A DNA stretch of 63,438 nucleotides, filler included, from Octopus bimaculoides (Eukaryota), in the NCBI RefSeq assembly GCF_001194135.2. It is 5 parts of 4 records of this genome, joined end to end, with 100 filler letters (N's around TTAATTAATTAA, not from the genome) between each part and the next. Parts side by side here need not be neighbours in the genome. Positions count along the whole stretch, not along the records: positions 1 to 30,555 come from NC_068988.1; 4 more parts are not named here. The stretch is one strand, 5' to 3'. Both the position numbers and the translations under genes were made by a program. The notes under the pieces were generated by a model. It saw nothing but the letters and a program-made list of their open reading frames with translations, was not told the origin of the DNA and did not search any database. Shown here piece after piece: positions 15,056 through 28,450 of the stretch. The first letter of the stretch is position 1. Every line of letters begins with the position of its first letter.

Positions 15056-15431
15056 TCTTTTACTAGTTCCAGCCATTAATGTGCAGCATGGTGAAACCCC
15101 GCCCCACCCTGCCTTGAATTTTGATCGACTGAATCAACTCCAGTACTTATTTTTTTAAAGTCTTGTAATTACTCCATTGTTATCCTTTGCTGAACCGCTG
15201 ACTTACAATGACCTAAACGTACGAAGACTAGTTTCCACTTCCTGATAAAGGACAATCAGGCAAAAAGACGGAAACACACATATTTGAGCACGACGGGTTT
15301 CCATCAATTAAATCTACTCACAAAGCTTTGGTCAGCCCGAGGCTATAGCAGAAAACATTCGCAGAAGGTGCTACGCTGTTGGACTGAACTCGAAACCTCA
15401 TGAAGCAAATTTTTTACCACATAGCCACGCC
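15056..15431 (-). mobile_element. SINE family B, diverged copy
   Basis: Colinear with the better copies at 42701-43108 and 53394-53722 (CACAAAGCTTTGGTC..CCGAGGCTATAG, GAACCGCT.ACTTAC). Confidence 0.8.
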
Positions 15432-15855
15432 TTTGATTATTTCTTTTAATTAATTGTGGAATTAGTTATACGGGATAGTATTAGAGCTGTCCATACAAAA
15501 CGTTACAGCTACTAACTCAGTTTTTAAGTACTATATAATGTATATTTTCCAAAGAAAATATTCATCCTGGATAGCAAATGTTTTGACCTAGTATGAAAAT
15601 AATATTCCTTATTTACATGAAACAAGTTTTAGAAATGCAGGTTTAGATATAGCAAAAATACTTTATTAGATACTCAAATATAGAAACTATCCAATAGTTA
15701 TTGCATAGAAGGAACACTGGCTGGAATTTAAGGATGTATTCTATTAGGTATAAAATAATGGTAAATGAAATTACAAGAAATGTTAAGGCATAGAGAGATT
15801 CAGTCATAGCTATTACTCATATAATAATTATTATTTTTATTATTTTTAATGATAA

Positions 15856-15960
15856 GGCGGCGAGCTGGCAGAATCGTTAGCACGCCGGTCTTCACATCCT
15901 GTGTTCAAATTCCACAGATGTCGAGTTTGCATTTTATCCTTTCGGGATCGATAAATTAAT
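15856..15960 (+). mobile_element. SINE family A, 5' part with internal deletion
   Basis: GGCGGCGAGCTGGCAGAATCGTTAGCACGCC head, GTTCAAATTCC B box, ATCCTTTCGGGATCGATAAATTA body. Confidence 0.85.
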
Positions 15961-15970
15961 TCCCTATAAT

Positions 15971-16176
15971 ACTGGTTTCTAATTACGTCACAAGGCTCTC
16001 AATTTCGTCGCAGAGATAGGTCGTTTACATTGACCTCCGTGTTCAACTGGTACTTATTTTCATCATTCCTGAGAGAACGAAAAGCAAATTCGACCTCGGC
16101 GAATAGAAAGTATCGAGGGACGAAAATGTCGCTAAGCATTTTCCCGACATAGCAACGTTTCTGCCAGTTTGTTGCT
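15971..16176 (-). mobile_element. SINE family A, diverged copy, inverted relative to its neighbour
   Basis: ACTGGTACTTATTT, AAAGCAAATTCGACCTCGGCG, GCTAAGCATTT, AACGTTTCTGCCAG match the reverse complement of family A. Confidence 0.8.
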
Positions 16177-17635
16177 TTCATTAATGATAATATTATTAAT
16201 GATAATTATATTTTTATTCTTACAAATATCTTGGAAAAAATCCCTAAAAACGGCCTACAAAATGGAACATTTGATGCCAAGAATGCTCCTAAGTATCCTA
16301 GCTGTCCCCCATATACTATTTTCTGCAGCTGCAATAAACTGAATTCTATGTCCATTTCCTCGTAGACACACACATACAAACATGTACACACGCACACATG
16401 CACACACACACACATACACACGTACATACACACATGTACTCACACACACGTACACACACACACATATATGAACTACAACTATTATTCGCATGTACCATTA
16501 TTTGTAGCTGTAGTTATCGGGTCACAAGTTGGCATGAACACACAAACAGTTACTCAACCTGTTCTACATGTAAGAGATGAGGAATTATGTACATTAATTA
16601 CATTATTTACATTTGACGGATATTTGTACTCATCAGCGAAACAAGTTGAGGAGAAATATCCGTCAAATGTAAATAATGTAAATAATGTACCTACTCGACC
16701 TTTCTGCTATTAACCTTGCAAACTTTTCGGATCCAGTAATAGCTAGAGAGAAATATCTACCGGCAATTGACTGGTATTCTTTTCCACTTCATTAGCATGA
16801 GTAACGTGAAAGAAATTATCGTCTCCTCGGATACGACGTGTCACGCAGTGTATAGAACGAACCCACAACTTTATAATCATTTACTAAATATTCCCAAGCC
16901 TGGGACCTTGTATCTTTACACTCAGTTTAGTTATCTATTTCTCTACAACTAAAACAGAAGTAATAATCGTTTAATGTTACACATATTTACAGCAATAAAT
17001 ATTTGAACCCCTATTTCCTCATCAGTTGAGCAGGATACCAATTCATTCACTATCTTATAAAACAGAGTACATCTGTCCGCACAAATTTCAATCTGTTATG
17101 GTATAATTATAACTGGTTGTGCGAACAGGAGTGTTGTAATATAGTTCCGAAAGGTAATTTTGAAAGAAATAATTAGAAATGATTACTTCCGGAAATAAAC
17201 TAGGGTGACCGTGGAAAACCAATTTCAGTTCCTGTGAAATTACGTTTACTTTACTTATACCAAAATCAATATTTGTTGAACAAACTTCTTAAGAGGCTCA
17301 GAATAATTCATCAGCCAGAGAAAACGCGGTATTTCATCGATTTTTGCCTCCGTTCTGTTTCACAGTTAGATCAAATTGTAACAAAAAATGGGTTGCCATA
17401 TAGTTCTTTGATCCTGTATTATATGTACGGAGTCCTGCGGATAGAACTGGCCTAACTGCAACGTCTTTGAATTTATAACTTCGAGATGAGTTTTTCCAGA
17501 AGTAATGGAGAATTAATGGAAAGGAATCGTAGAAATATAATTTGATAGCTGTTATAAGCCGCGCATGAAGAACACAAGTGAGATATTTCAACAACCACAC
17601 AGGAAAGCTGATTGAGGATGTATGCTTATACGTAA

Positions 17636-17670
<35 letters not shown>

Positions 17671-17822
17671 TGTGTGACTGTCCATTTAAAAGAGTAGTTA
17701 TAGATATATGAATATATATGTATATATATTCATACACATGCACGCACACACACACACATACAATCACACGCACAAAAAGACACACAAACACACAGACACT
17801 CACACACACACATACATAAATA

Positions 17823-18961
17823 CAGGGTTGGACAAAATAATGGAAACACCTAGGATCATAGAATCATAATTTTGAAATATCTATAAGCTTGTTTATTTTT
17901 ATTTCATTTTATTTATTATTAATATTGCTTAACATGTTTTGCTAAAATTGCTGTTTTTTTTTCAAATGTCATCAGAAAAATGTAATTAAAATTCGTTAAA
18001 ATGACACATCTATCGGATTTTCAAAGAAGTCAAATTGTTGGTGCTTGTATGGCAGGCGCTAGCAGAACGAAAAACAGCCAAAATGTTTGATGTATCGGGA
18101 AGTCCTGTCTCGGACTCTTACGCGAATTGTTAGGATCACAAAAGTACAGCTTTCAAAATTGACCACCTCGAGAACCCAGATTCCACAAAACTGTTCGCCG
18201 GGAGCTGTACAAAGCAGGATTTCACGGGAAGGCTGCAATCAGAAAACCACTACAGCCAAAAACAAACGTTGCAAGACCAAGAGAATTGGTCCCTAGAGCA
18301 GTGGAAGAATGTTATTTTCTCGGACGAGTCATCTTTACCTTATTTCCGACCACCAACCGAGTATACGTGTGGAGACAGCCAAAAGAAGCAAATGACCTAG
18401 ACTGCATTTTTCCAACTGTTAAACATGGAGGAGGATCTGTGATAATTGTGGGTTGGGGGGGCGCTATATCTCGGAAATCCGCCTGCTCAATGGTTTCCCT
18501 TCGTTGCAGAATTAATCGTGAGGCTTAATTAAGCATTTTACCAGATCAAATTCTTCCTCTATTTGCGGAACTGTTTCCGAAGGGAAACGCAGCCTTTCAG
18601 GATGATAATGCACCAATTCATACAGCTGAATTTGTTACTGAATGGATCCAGTAACATTGTAGTGAAGTTGAACATCTTATTTGGCCACCACAGTCCCCCG
18701 ACCTCAATATAATTGAACATTTATAGTGCATTTTAGAAAAACAAGTAAGGAGTCGATATCCTGCACCATCATCACTACAATAACTGGAGACTGTTTTAGC
18801 TGAAGAATGGAGAAATATACCTTTGGAAACAATTCAATCTTTGGATGAGTCCATACCTCGTAGAATTCAAGCTGTAATTACTGCCAAAAGTGGTCCTACC
18901 CCATATTAAATTAATTTTTTTTGAAATTTTAAGCTGTTTCCAAAATTTTGTCCATCCCCTG
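17823..18961 (+). mobile_element. Near full-length Tc1-like transposon, inactive, DD36E catalytic spacing
   Basis: TIRs CAGGGTTGGACAAAATAATGGAAAC and reverse complement CAGGGGATGGACAAAATTTTGGAAAC; 5' TA. Transposase from ATG 18001 to TAA 18909 with stops and deletions: MTHLSDFQRSQIVGA, VIFSDES, TVKHGGGSV, FQDDNAPIH, WPPQSPDLNIIEHL. Confidence 0.95.
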
Positions 18962-19730
18962 AATATGTTCATTCTTGATATCTACATATCATTAAATTGT
19001 TTGCTTATTTGTTGTTATTGAGGTGAAAGGGCAAAAGGCAGAGCCGTTGAACCTCTTAGAGCACCAGAAAACATTACCTTGTAGCTCTTCTTTCCTTTCT
19101 GTTTTGCTATTTGCCAACAATTGAGTTCAAATGCTTATAAAGTCAATGTTTTCTTGTCACTTTTTTTAAAAGATCGATAAATTCAAGTACCATTTATGTT
19201 ACATAATCGATAAAGAAACTTATTACACTCCTCTCAATTTTCCGACATTTCTGCAATTTTAGAGCTGCGATTAGAGCAGTATAAGTAGCAGTAGCAGTAC
19301 AGTTATAAGAGGAGTAGTAAAGATCGTGTTAGTGAAAGTGTCTATATTGTTTAGGTGTATTTTTATTATGTAAATACTTTATTTGTTTATTGGTGTATTT
19401 GTTATCATTGATGTGTGATATAGTAGAATATTTAGAAAAAGATAGCAAATGTCCCTCGCGTGACAAAGCAGTGTCGGTTGTTGAGGATGAAGAAAATTAA
19501 AGAAAACCAAAACATGGCGCGGTTGGGTACGATGGCTAGTAAAAATCAAATGTGTAATATGCCAGTTGTGGAATGTGCTTACGTCAAATCACATCTGAAT
19601 GAAAATCCTTCATTCATGCCTTCAGTTTTGATCAATGTACCAGTCATATTCTAAGGCCAATGTAATCACCTAAGCTATTTCCCTAAAAATTCTTCCTTTA
19701 TACCTAAATTAGAAACAATTACTATTAACG

Positions 19731-19800
19731 ACTTGGGTAGATGTAATCGACTAGTCTCCTCCACAAAGAATTCAGGCCTTGTGTCTATAGTAGAAAGAGC
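19731..19800 (+). mobile_element. SINE family A 3' fragment
   Basis: GGGTAGATGTAATCGACT...TCAGGCCTTGTGTCTATAGTAGAAAG, running directly into (TTA)n. Confidence 0.8.
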
Positions 19801-19921
<121 letters not shown>

Positions 19922-21119
19922 AATAAGAATATTATTATTATTATCATCATCATTATTATCATTTATTGTTGTTGTTGTGTTAGTGTTAGTATTAGTAGAA
20001 GTAGTATTGGTAGTTTGGTGGTGGATGTTATTTCGGCTCCTTACGTTGTTGTTCATCCACTCATTTCATCCCTCCTGGGTCAATGTGATAAAGTACCATT
20101 CAAGTACAGAGGTCGATATGATATCGATTAAAACCTACATCTCAAAATTACTGTCCTTAGATCTAAATCAGAGAATAATGTGTTTATTATTGTTGTTGTT
20201 GCCGTTGTTGTTGCAGCTGCTGATGATAATTGTGCTTATGTTGATGATGGCTATGACTAAGCAGATTGGTGAATTTGTTACCATAATGTTTTTATTTTTA
20301 AAATTTTATTTTAGTTTTCTTTCCTTTTCGTGCTCCAGACTCTATGAAGTCGACCTTCCTATCTCAGGCTACACAAAAATTATGAGAAACGCATCTCGGT
20401 AATACAGAACATAGTGAATAGAATCGACCATAATGTCAGCTTTAGAAGTTTTTGGTCTTGTGAGAAGTTTACAGATCGATATTCATATTGTTTTTGTAGC
20501 TGCTATCGTCATCACTATTAGGGGTTATCAATATTTTTACTGTTAATCTTGTTAGCTTAATTATTTCTTTCAATGCTTATTCATGTTTATGTTCTTGTTG
20601 TTGTGATTGCAATTGTTGTGATTGCAGGAACATTTGCTGTAATTTATTCAATTTATTCCACATAATGAAAGGCCTAATCACCTAATTAACAACCATTCAT
20701 GCTTAGCTAATACTATAGCATTGGTTATATTTAAATTGAAGCCGCCATACGCTAAGATTCCTAGGGTGCTTCTCTCTAAAGCGCGTATTTATACTTTCCT
20801 TTGTGGATTTTTTGTTCCTTTACGCACGCAAACATACATTCTTGTGTGTGTGCTAGTATGTGTGTGTGTGTGTATGTGTGTGTGTGTGTGTGTGTGCGTA
20901 CTTGTCCATGTGAATGCGTGAGTGTTCTGGCGTGTGGGTCGTAGTCTATGTGTAAGGGTTTGTGCGTGCCCGTGTTTGCGCACAATACTCTGGTTCCAAA
21001 GGCGGGTATAAAGAAAATAAGTGCTACAAGATTCATTGTTAATGCAGAACTCTAGATAAAAGAAGCAGTACATAATCACACAAAGTTCATATTCGTATGT
21101 ATGCACGTGTGTGTACACA

Positions 21120-21167
<48 letters not shown>

Positions 21168-21536
21168 NNNNNNNNNNNNNNNNNNNNNNNNNNNNNNNNN
21201 NNNNNNNNNNNNNNNNNNNNNNNNNNNNNNNNNNNNNNNNNNNNNNNNNNNNNNNNNNNNNNNNNNNNNNNNNNNNNNNNNNNNNNNNNNNNNNNNNNNN
21301 NNNNNNNNNNNNNNNNNNNNNNNNNNNNNNNNNNNNNNNNNNNNNNNNNNNNNNNNNNNNNNNNNNNNNNNNNNNNNNNNNNNNNNNNNNNNNNNNNNNN
21401 NNNNNNNNNNNNNNNNNNNNNNNNNNNNNNNNNNNNNNNNNNNNNNNNNNNNNNNNNNNNNNNNNNNNNNNNNNNNNNNNNNNNNNNNNNNNNNNNNNNN
21501 NNNNNNNNNNNNNNNNNNNNNNNNNNNNNNNNNNNN

Positions 21537-21570
<34 letters not shown>

Positions 21571-22974
21571 TATGCATATCGATCTATCTGTCTGTCTATC
21601 TGTATTATAAAATTAATACTCCATGGATGGAATTTATAAATATTTTAACACCTCACTACGCACGTTTTCACTAATCGTGTGTTTATTACAATTATAGTTC
21701 TTATTTCTGAGTTAAGTACGGCACAGTGTGTATTATCCATGGACATCAGTTGGTTCATGTTTTCTCATGCATTATACTGTCATATTTTCTCAGGCATTAT
21801 GCTGTACTGTAATCATCCCAACAATAAGGACTATGATCCTAAGAAACATGTGATCAGTGGAAACGCGTCTAGCGATGCATTAAATATTTATACATTTTAT
21901 CCACTGATTATTATTATAGTATTATTGCTAGTTTCATCTTACATTATATCGGCTCGGCTTGGTACAACCCCATACAACTGGTATTCCAAGTTGGTATCAT
22001 TAAGCTGCACCCGATAGAATAAAATAGGGGCTTTTATATGCCAACTCAAAATGAACTNNNNNNNNNNNNNNNNNNNNNNNNNNNNNNNNNNNNNNNNNNN
22101 NNNNNNNNNNNNNNNNNNNNNNNNNNNNNNNNNNNNNNNNNNNNNNNNNNNNNNNNNNNNNNNNNNNNNNNNNNNNNNNNNNNNNNNNNNNNNNNNNNNN
22201 NNNNNNNNNNNNNNNNNNNNNNNNNNNNNNNNNNNNNNNNNNNNNNNNNNNNNNNNNNNNNNNNNNNNNNNNNNNNNNNNNNNNNNNNNNNNNNNNNNNN
22301 NNNNNNNNNNNNNNNNNNNNNNNNNNNNNNNNNNNNNNNNNNNNNNNNNNNNNNNNNNNNNNNNNNNNNNNNNNNNNNNNNNNNNNNNNNNNNNNNNNNN
22401 NNNNNNNNNNNNNNNNNNNNNNNNNNNNNNNNNNNNNNNNNNNNNNNNNNNNNNNNNNNNNNNNNNNNNNNNNNNNNNNNNNNNNNNNNNNNNNNNNNNN
22501 NNNNNNNNNNNNNNNNNNNNNNNNNNNNNNNNNNNNNNNNNNNNNNNNNNNNNNNNNNNNNNNNNNNNNNNNNNNNNNNNNNNNNNNNNNNNNNNNNNNN
22601 NNNNNNNNNNNNNNNNNNNNNNNNNNNNNNNNNNNNNNNNNNNNNNNNNNNNNNNNNNNNNNNNNNNNNNNNNNNNNNNNNNNNNNNNNNNNNNNNNNNN
22701 NNNNNNNNNNNNNNNNNNNNNNNNNNNNNNNNNNNNNNNNNNNNNNNNNNNNNNNNNNNNNNNNNNNNNNNNNNNNNNNNNNNNNNNNNNNNNNNNNNNN
22801 NNNNNNNNNNNNNNNNNNNNNNNNNNNNNNNNNNNNNNNNNNNNNNNNNNNNNNNNNNNNNNNNNNNNNNNNNNNNNNNNNNNNNNNNNNNNNNNNNNNN
22901 NNNNNNNNNNNNNNNNNNNNNNNNNNNNNNNNNNNNNNNNNNNNNNNNNNNNNNNNNNNNNNNNNNNNNNNNNN

Positions 22975-23034
<60 letters not shown>

Positions 23035-23494
23035 CTGTGTGTGTGCCTGTGTTTTGTTGTGGTGAAAAAATACTTTTGTCGGAATATTTTGCAGAATAAT
23101 TTTTTAAATCTGGACATCCCTCTTACTACCAACCATTCAATTTTAATTACAATTGCTGATTACTGGGAGTTAAGTAGACTGAGATGTATATGTCGTGTTA
23201 TCATATAGAGTGGAAGTTCAATACGAAGTTTTGAATTCTTTATCTTGTGGTTTGTAATCCATTATCATTCAATATCATTAAGTCCTTAAACATTATTTTT
23301 CTGAGCTTAGTCTCAACTGTCACTGTGATGGGGCATCAGCTTCAAAAATTTCATTGGTCTTACTAACCTCAGTACGTATTTCAATCTGGCATTTATTTTA
23401 TAGATTCCTGCCTGACGAACTGCTAAGTTTCAGACCTAGTGGGACACAATACTCAATTTAACAACAAGTATAAGCACACAAGTATTTGGTGCAA

Positions 23495-23625
23495 AAATGA
23501 CTCTGAGGTTAAGAAGTTTGCTTCTCCACGTTCTGTCCCTCTGTCTCGTATCTTGGGCAATTGTTTTCTACTATAGCCCTAGGCCAACCACAGACTTGTC
23601 ACTGAATTTGATAGACGGAAACTGC
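23495..23625 (+). mobile_element. SINE family B 5' fragment
   Basis: CTTGGGCAATTGTTTTCTACTATAGCCCTAGGCCAACC...GATAGACGGAAACTG matches family B. Confidence 0.7.
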
Positions 23626-24803
23626 ATCGTTATTGATCAGAAAATGACGGAAAAATTTGTTTATAGACACGAATTATTTACTTCATACACCTCGTGAGCC
23701 GATTCTGCCCATAAGAAAAGAACAAATAATACAATATATANNNNNNNNNNNNNNNNNNNNNNNNNNNNNNNNNNNNNNNNNNNNNNNNNNNNNNNNNNNN
23801 NNNNNNNNNNNNNNNNNNNNNNNNNNNNNNNNNNNNNNNNNNNNNNNNNNNNNNNNNNNNNNNNNNATATATATATATATATATAAGGGTAATGGTCATT
23901 AAATAATTTATTACCAGTGGTCCGCATGTATAATAAAAGTCATAAGAGGTAAACTATTTATGAGACCTCGAGAATGCATAAAAGTTCCTTGAACCTTTTA
24001 CTCATGAGTTTCGTTATTAAAAACTTAAATCAATTAATCAGTAGATCATTCCACCATCTGTAGCTCGTCAGTAAGGTCACTGGGAAAATACATAAACATG
24101 AAACTGAAATACGTACCGAGAACATAATGTAAACGCATGCGCACTCATATCATTCTTTATTCATCATGGATTCAGCTCTAGTGTCCCACCGTGGTTAGGG
24201 TTGTGACTGCCCTTTCTAGCATGTAAGAAGTCCTATAGATGGACTTCTCGTCGTGTATTCATATATTCTGATGAAGAAATATATGTATGTGTCTATGTGT
24301 GTGTGTGTACGTATGTATGCATTATGCATATGGTCCAAGGTTGTACAAAGATCAAAAACAAAAGACAGCCAGGCAAGGGAAAAACAAAAGAGGTGCATTA
24401 GCTTCACGCTCTGGAGAAATGGAAATCTCTGTGACGTATCGAGCCTACACTCCTCCACAGAAAATAATGGTGTGAGAAAACAGTTGGAGAGTGGAAAAGA
24501 ATGGAGAGAAGAAGAAAAACATGTGACTGGATTAATGGTTGCTCATGTTGACCGGACGGACGGAAGGAAGGAAGGAAGGAAAAAATGAACTGATCTGGGA
24601 GAATGATGAGTAATGAGACAACTGTGATATGGCTAAAGTGTGTGTGCACAAACTTGTCAGGATAGTGGGTGCATGTGTACATGTGTGTATAGACGAGCGC
24701 GTGTGTATGTTTGTAGGGGTAAGCATGTGTGTGAGAATGAAGATTATGTGAGCATGTGATATGTATGTAAGGAAGCGTCCATCTGCACGCATGTATGTTT
24801 GTA

Positions 24804-25468
24804 TCAGGTCATCCCATAAGTTTTGACCGATGTTACCTTTCTTAAAATTGAATGAAATTTAATAGTATTTTAGAATGGCTAATGCAATTTAAAATTACTT
24901 TTATGAATTTGTGTACATTTAAACGAATTAAATATTATTTTACAGAATAATAGAATTAAAAGTTATTTGATTAAAACCCTTTCTAACATGGAAGTAACCA
25001 AAGAGCATTTAAGGCACATAATGCTTTACGAGTACAAAAGGGGAAACTCTGCAGCCGAAGCGACTAGAAACATACACTCAGTTGATGGGAAAGAATGCTT
25101 GAATGAAAGAACTTGCTGAAGATGCTTTGCAAATTTCAGAAGTGGAGCCTTGAAGATGAAGATCGAACAGGGCGTCCAGTTGAGTTTGATGATAAACTCC
25201 CTGAGGCATTACTTGAAGAAAATCTTGCATTATCAGTTGAAAAATTGGCAATAAAGCTTAGTGGAAACCATACAACTCCTTATCGTCATCTTCAACAACT
25301 TGGAAAGTTTCCTAAACTTGGAAAATGGGTGCCTCTTGAATTATCCGAAAGCAACCACAAATACCGAATTGACATCTGCTCTTCTCTCCATTCTCGCGAA
25401 TTCATTTCACCCTTTTTGATAGACTTGTGACTGGTAAGGAAAAATGGATCTTCTCTCGAAATTTTAAA
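24804..25468 (+). mobile_element. 5' half of a mariner transposon
   Basis: TA then TCAGGTCATCCCATAAG terminus. ATG at 24988: MEVTKEHLRHIMLYEYKRGNSAAEATRNI...SLEDEDRTGRP...GKWVPLEL...DRLVTGKEKWI. No 3' end found. Confidence 0.92.
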
Positions 25469-26869
25469 TCGGTGTGTCTGAATTCGACACCTAAAATCCA
25501 GAAAAATTATCGGAGAACAATTCCGCCCACGTTGTAGGACTAATAATGGAAACCATTCGTAAACTGATACTCGGCCTCTGTGGTATTGGTTTTCAAACGG
25601 AAAGGAGTATAGCTCAATACCAGATATTATTTATTGTTTTTGTAGAGAACTATGCTATGCCTTCTTCACTTTATTCCAAATAATTAAATGCTTAATCCCT
25701 CAATTAACAACTGTTCACGCTTAGCTAATTACATTGCATTGTTTCTATTTAAATTGAAGCCTTCACTGGCGTAAATTCCTACGGAGCCTCTCTTACAGTC
25801 ATGGGATTTATAAGTTCCTTCGTGCTAATTACATACTTACATCCTCTGCGTTTTCCTTAAATATTTCAATGACTTCACAATTTCATTATTATATTTATGA
25901 TAACACACACCATTCAATAGCTCAAATGCAGCATAAGAGAATTTTGCCTTTCATCCATCCAAGGATGTTAAAGTTAGTATCTGTAAAGTTCAAAGATTTA
26001 TTTAATCTATAATGCACTGATTGTATATCTGTGGCATCATACCACGCGTAGAAATCAAAACTAATAGTGTTGTTGTTCTTGTTGTTTAACCCTCGGTTAC
26101 ATCTGACTTAGTAGGCCTGTGATCGCATTTAAGCTATGTTCAGTTTGTTATTTTAGGAGTATGTATCTGAGAATATTATCAAATGTATCGTTTGAAGCAA
26201 TGTTTAAGAACGAAAGAAACTCTCTAGAAATGATTAGACACCCACTAGTTCATGCCTTCCATAACTGTGTATAATTAAACTGTAAAACAGTAAATATATT
26301 ACCTATTACGGAGAATGTAAGCTCCTTGTGTAAAACCGAAAACAACATTAAGATTTAGCCGAAATACAATTGTTATTATGCTCAGCAAGGCGCTCTGTGT
26401 GAAACAGGAATTCTTTTGATTTTGACATCTGTCTATAAAAAGAACATTGTAAAAAAAATCTATAGTTACCATCTGCAGCATAGTATATTATTGGAACTAT
26501 TAAAATACTACTTTAAATTCATTCACCGAACAAGCTGACAAGAAAGTATTACATATACAAATCCGATAGACAGATTTACGTAAGCCCTTTCTAATACTGG
26601 CTTAAGAAGCAATGTTTTAGTACACTCTTATTCAGGTTTCTATGATATTCCAGCATTTGATTGAATCTAGCCTCAATGACAGCATTTTCAGTTAAAAAAT
26701 CAGATAGCTTTGGCTAAAATCAAGAAGAATCTACTGAAGTAAAGCATCGAATCAAAACACTACAAATACAAGCTACTAAGACGGTGCAACATCATACTTG
26801 CACCAGGTATTCTCACGGGTGTACAAATCTGATTTCTGTTCTGTTCAACAAAAAAAAAAGAATCGGCCA

Positions 26870-27400
26870 GTTCTCTTTCTGGCATGTGAACAAGAAGGCT
26901 AGTAATTTAGCTAACTATATCTGGAACATGAAGGCAAAAAATGCCCCATATATCATCACGTAAAGCTATGGTTCTCCACCGAGGTCCATATAGCATTTGA
27001 GGGGCCATATAAGATTTTCTGGGATCCACATAACAAAATAAATTGGGGATGCACAATAATATTTTAAGTGCTCCTCAAACAAATTTGCTTGAGGTGTATG
27101 TATTGCGAAAAACAGCTACGTTTCTTCTTCTAACATTTTACATAGTTCAAGTAAATGTGTCGAAAACAAAATAGGAATTTTGAAAGAAATGTCTATAAAA
27201 CTAGATTTTAAGCATCAAATGGCTATGAATGTCCAGCAAAATTAAATATTAATCAAAGGGCTCTATAGATTATAAAATGGTTGGAAAACCCTAATGTAGA
27301 ACATGACTGGGCAAACCGAACCGCACGTTCATGGGTTAATAATGTGTAGATTTTGTATAGCTGAAAGAACTTATATCACTTTTACAACTAAATATTACAC
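26870..27400 (+). mobile_element. Penelope-like GIY-YIG endonuclease C-terminal remnant, interrupted by a MITE
   Basis: SFWHVNKKASNLANYIWNMKAKNAPYIIT before the MITE and EPHVHGLIMCRFCIAERTYI after it match the SF.H...LS.YIW.LK....Y.I.W and PY......C.LCL.EK..I pattern of Penelope-like endonucleases. Confidence 0.6.
26966..27293. mobile_element. hAT-type MITE (about 330 bp)
   Basis: Termini CTATGGTTCTCCACC and GGTTGGAAAACCCTA resemble CAGTGGTTCTCAACC-type TIRs; subterminal GGTCCATA repeats; degenerate 8-bp flanks ACGTAAAG / ATGTAGAA. Confidence 0.65.
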
Positions 27401-27844
27401 CTACCTATTACATTCTGGATCAGGGATTTTACTACATACAGTTATCTCGACAAGTTGCAATTACCGCATTCTATCTCACAGACAATTTAGAGTATAAGTC
27501 TACGCAATCATAATTAAATTACACTCAAATGGACTAAACCAACATATGTGTTTTCCCTCTTTAGTCCTTTTATCGTTTACTTTTTGCTCTTGTTCTTTCT
27601 TGCTGTTCCTCACAGAGCAGCTTTGTTTTATTTTGAGCCTGGAAGTTACAGAATATTACACGGCACGCTATACAAGTTCATCCGAATATTGAATAAAAAT
27701 TAAAATAAAACCTGTACTAGCATGCATTTAATATGTGTGTTTACTAGATGATATTCATATCTCACTGGAGAGTACAGTTTTGTTGACCTCACAAATTGTG
27801 GAACAATTCGCTACACACACACACACACACACACACATACACAC

Positions 27845-27877
<33 letters not shown>

Positions 27878-27949
27878 CATACATATATGTATAATGAAGT
27901 ACAGTTTTCAAAGTTTTATGACACGTGGGATGTTTCTTTGCAAATGAAG

Positions 27950-28450
27950 ATTGTTCCTAGGTTTGTAAAGAGTCTTGCTTTTGAGTTTACTGTTTTGTTG
28001 CGAAACTGCCTTGATCCAACAGATTCGTGACCAAAGAGCTTCGAAGCGAGTATCATCTGATTTGTATTTAGGAATTGGGTACTTCGAAATATGTATCTTT
28101 TCTTCTGTAATGATGGCATTAAAATCGAACGACCACATTGATACCGCTGCCTCGTCGGTTTGTATACAGTCTAGCAAATATTATATATTCAGTTTGATGG
28201 ATCTTAAGCTGAAATAAAATTGCTATGAATATGTCATGTTGAGAGAATGTTTCTCTGGTTCGATAGGTAATAGATTAGAGTCATTGAGGAGAGCAAGCAG
28301 CAGTGTCATAAGTTTAATCCTGCAATTAATAACAGAAACTCCATTAATGCTTTTGCAAATAATGAATGAACAAGGAAAAAAATGCTATTCAGATCTAAGT
28401 TTATATATGATTCTTAGATTCACTTACAAAGTTTTATGGGAAGGCACGAT
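27950..28450 (+). mobile_element. Decayed CR1/L2-group LINE fragment
   Basis: Across frames: IRD...VSSDL, NWVLRN, VMMALKS, ERPH, RLESLRRA, in the order of the LINE RT C-terminal motifs RDLGV.VSSDL / GW.LR / RPHLEY / LE.VQRRA. Confidence 0.5.
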
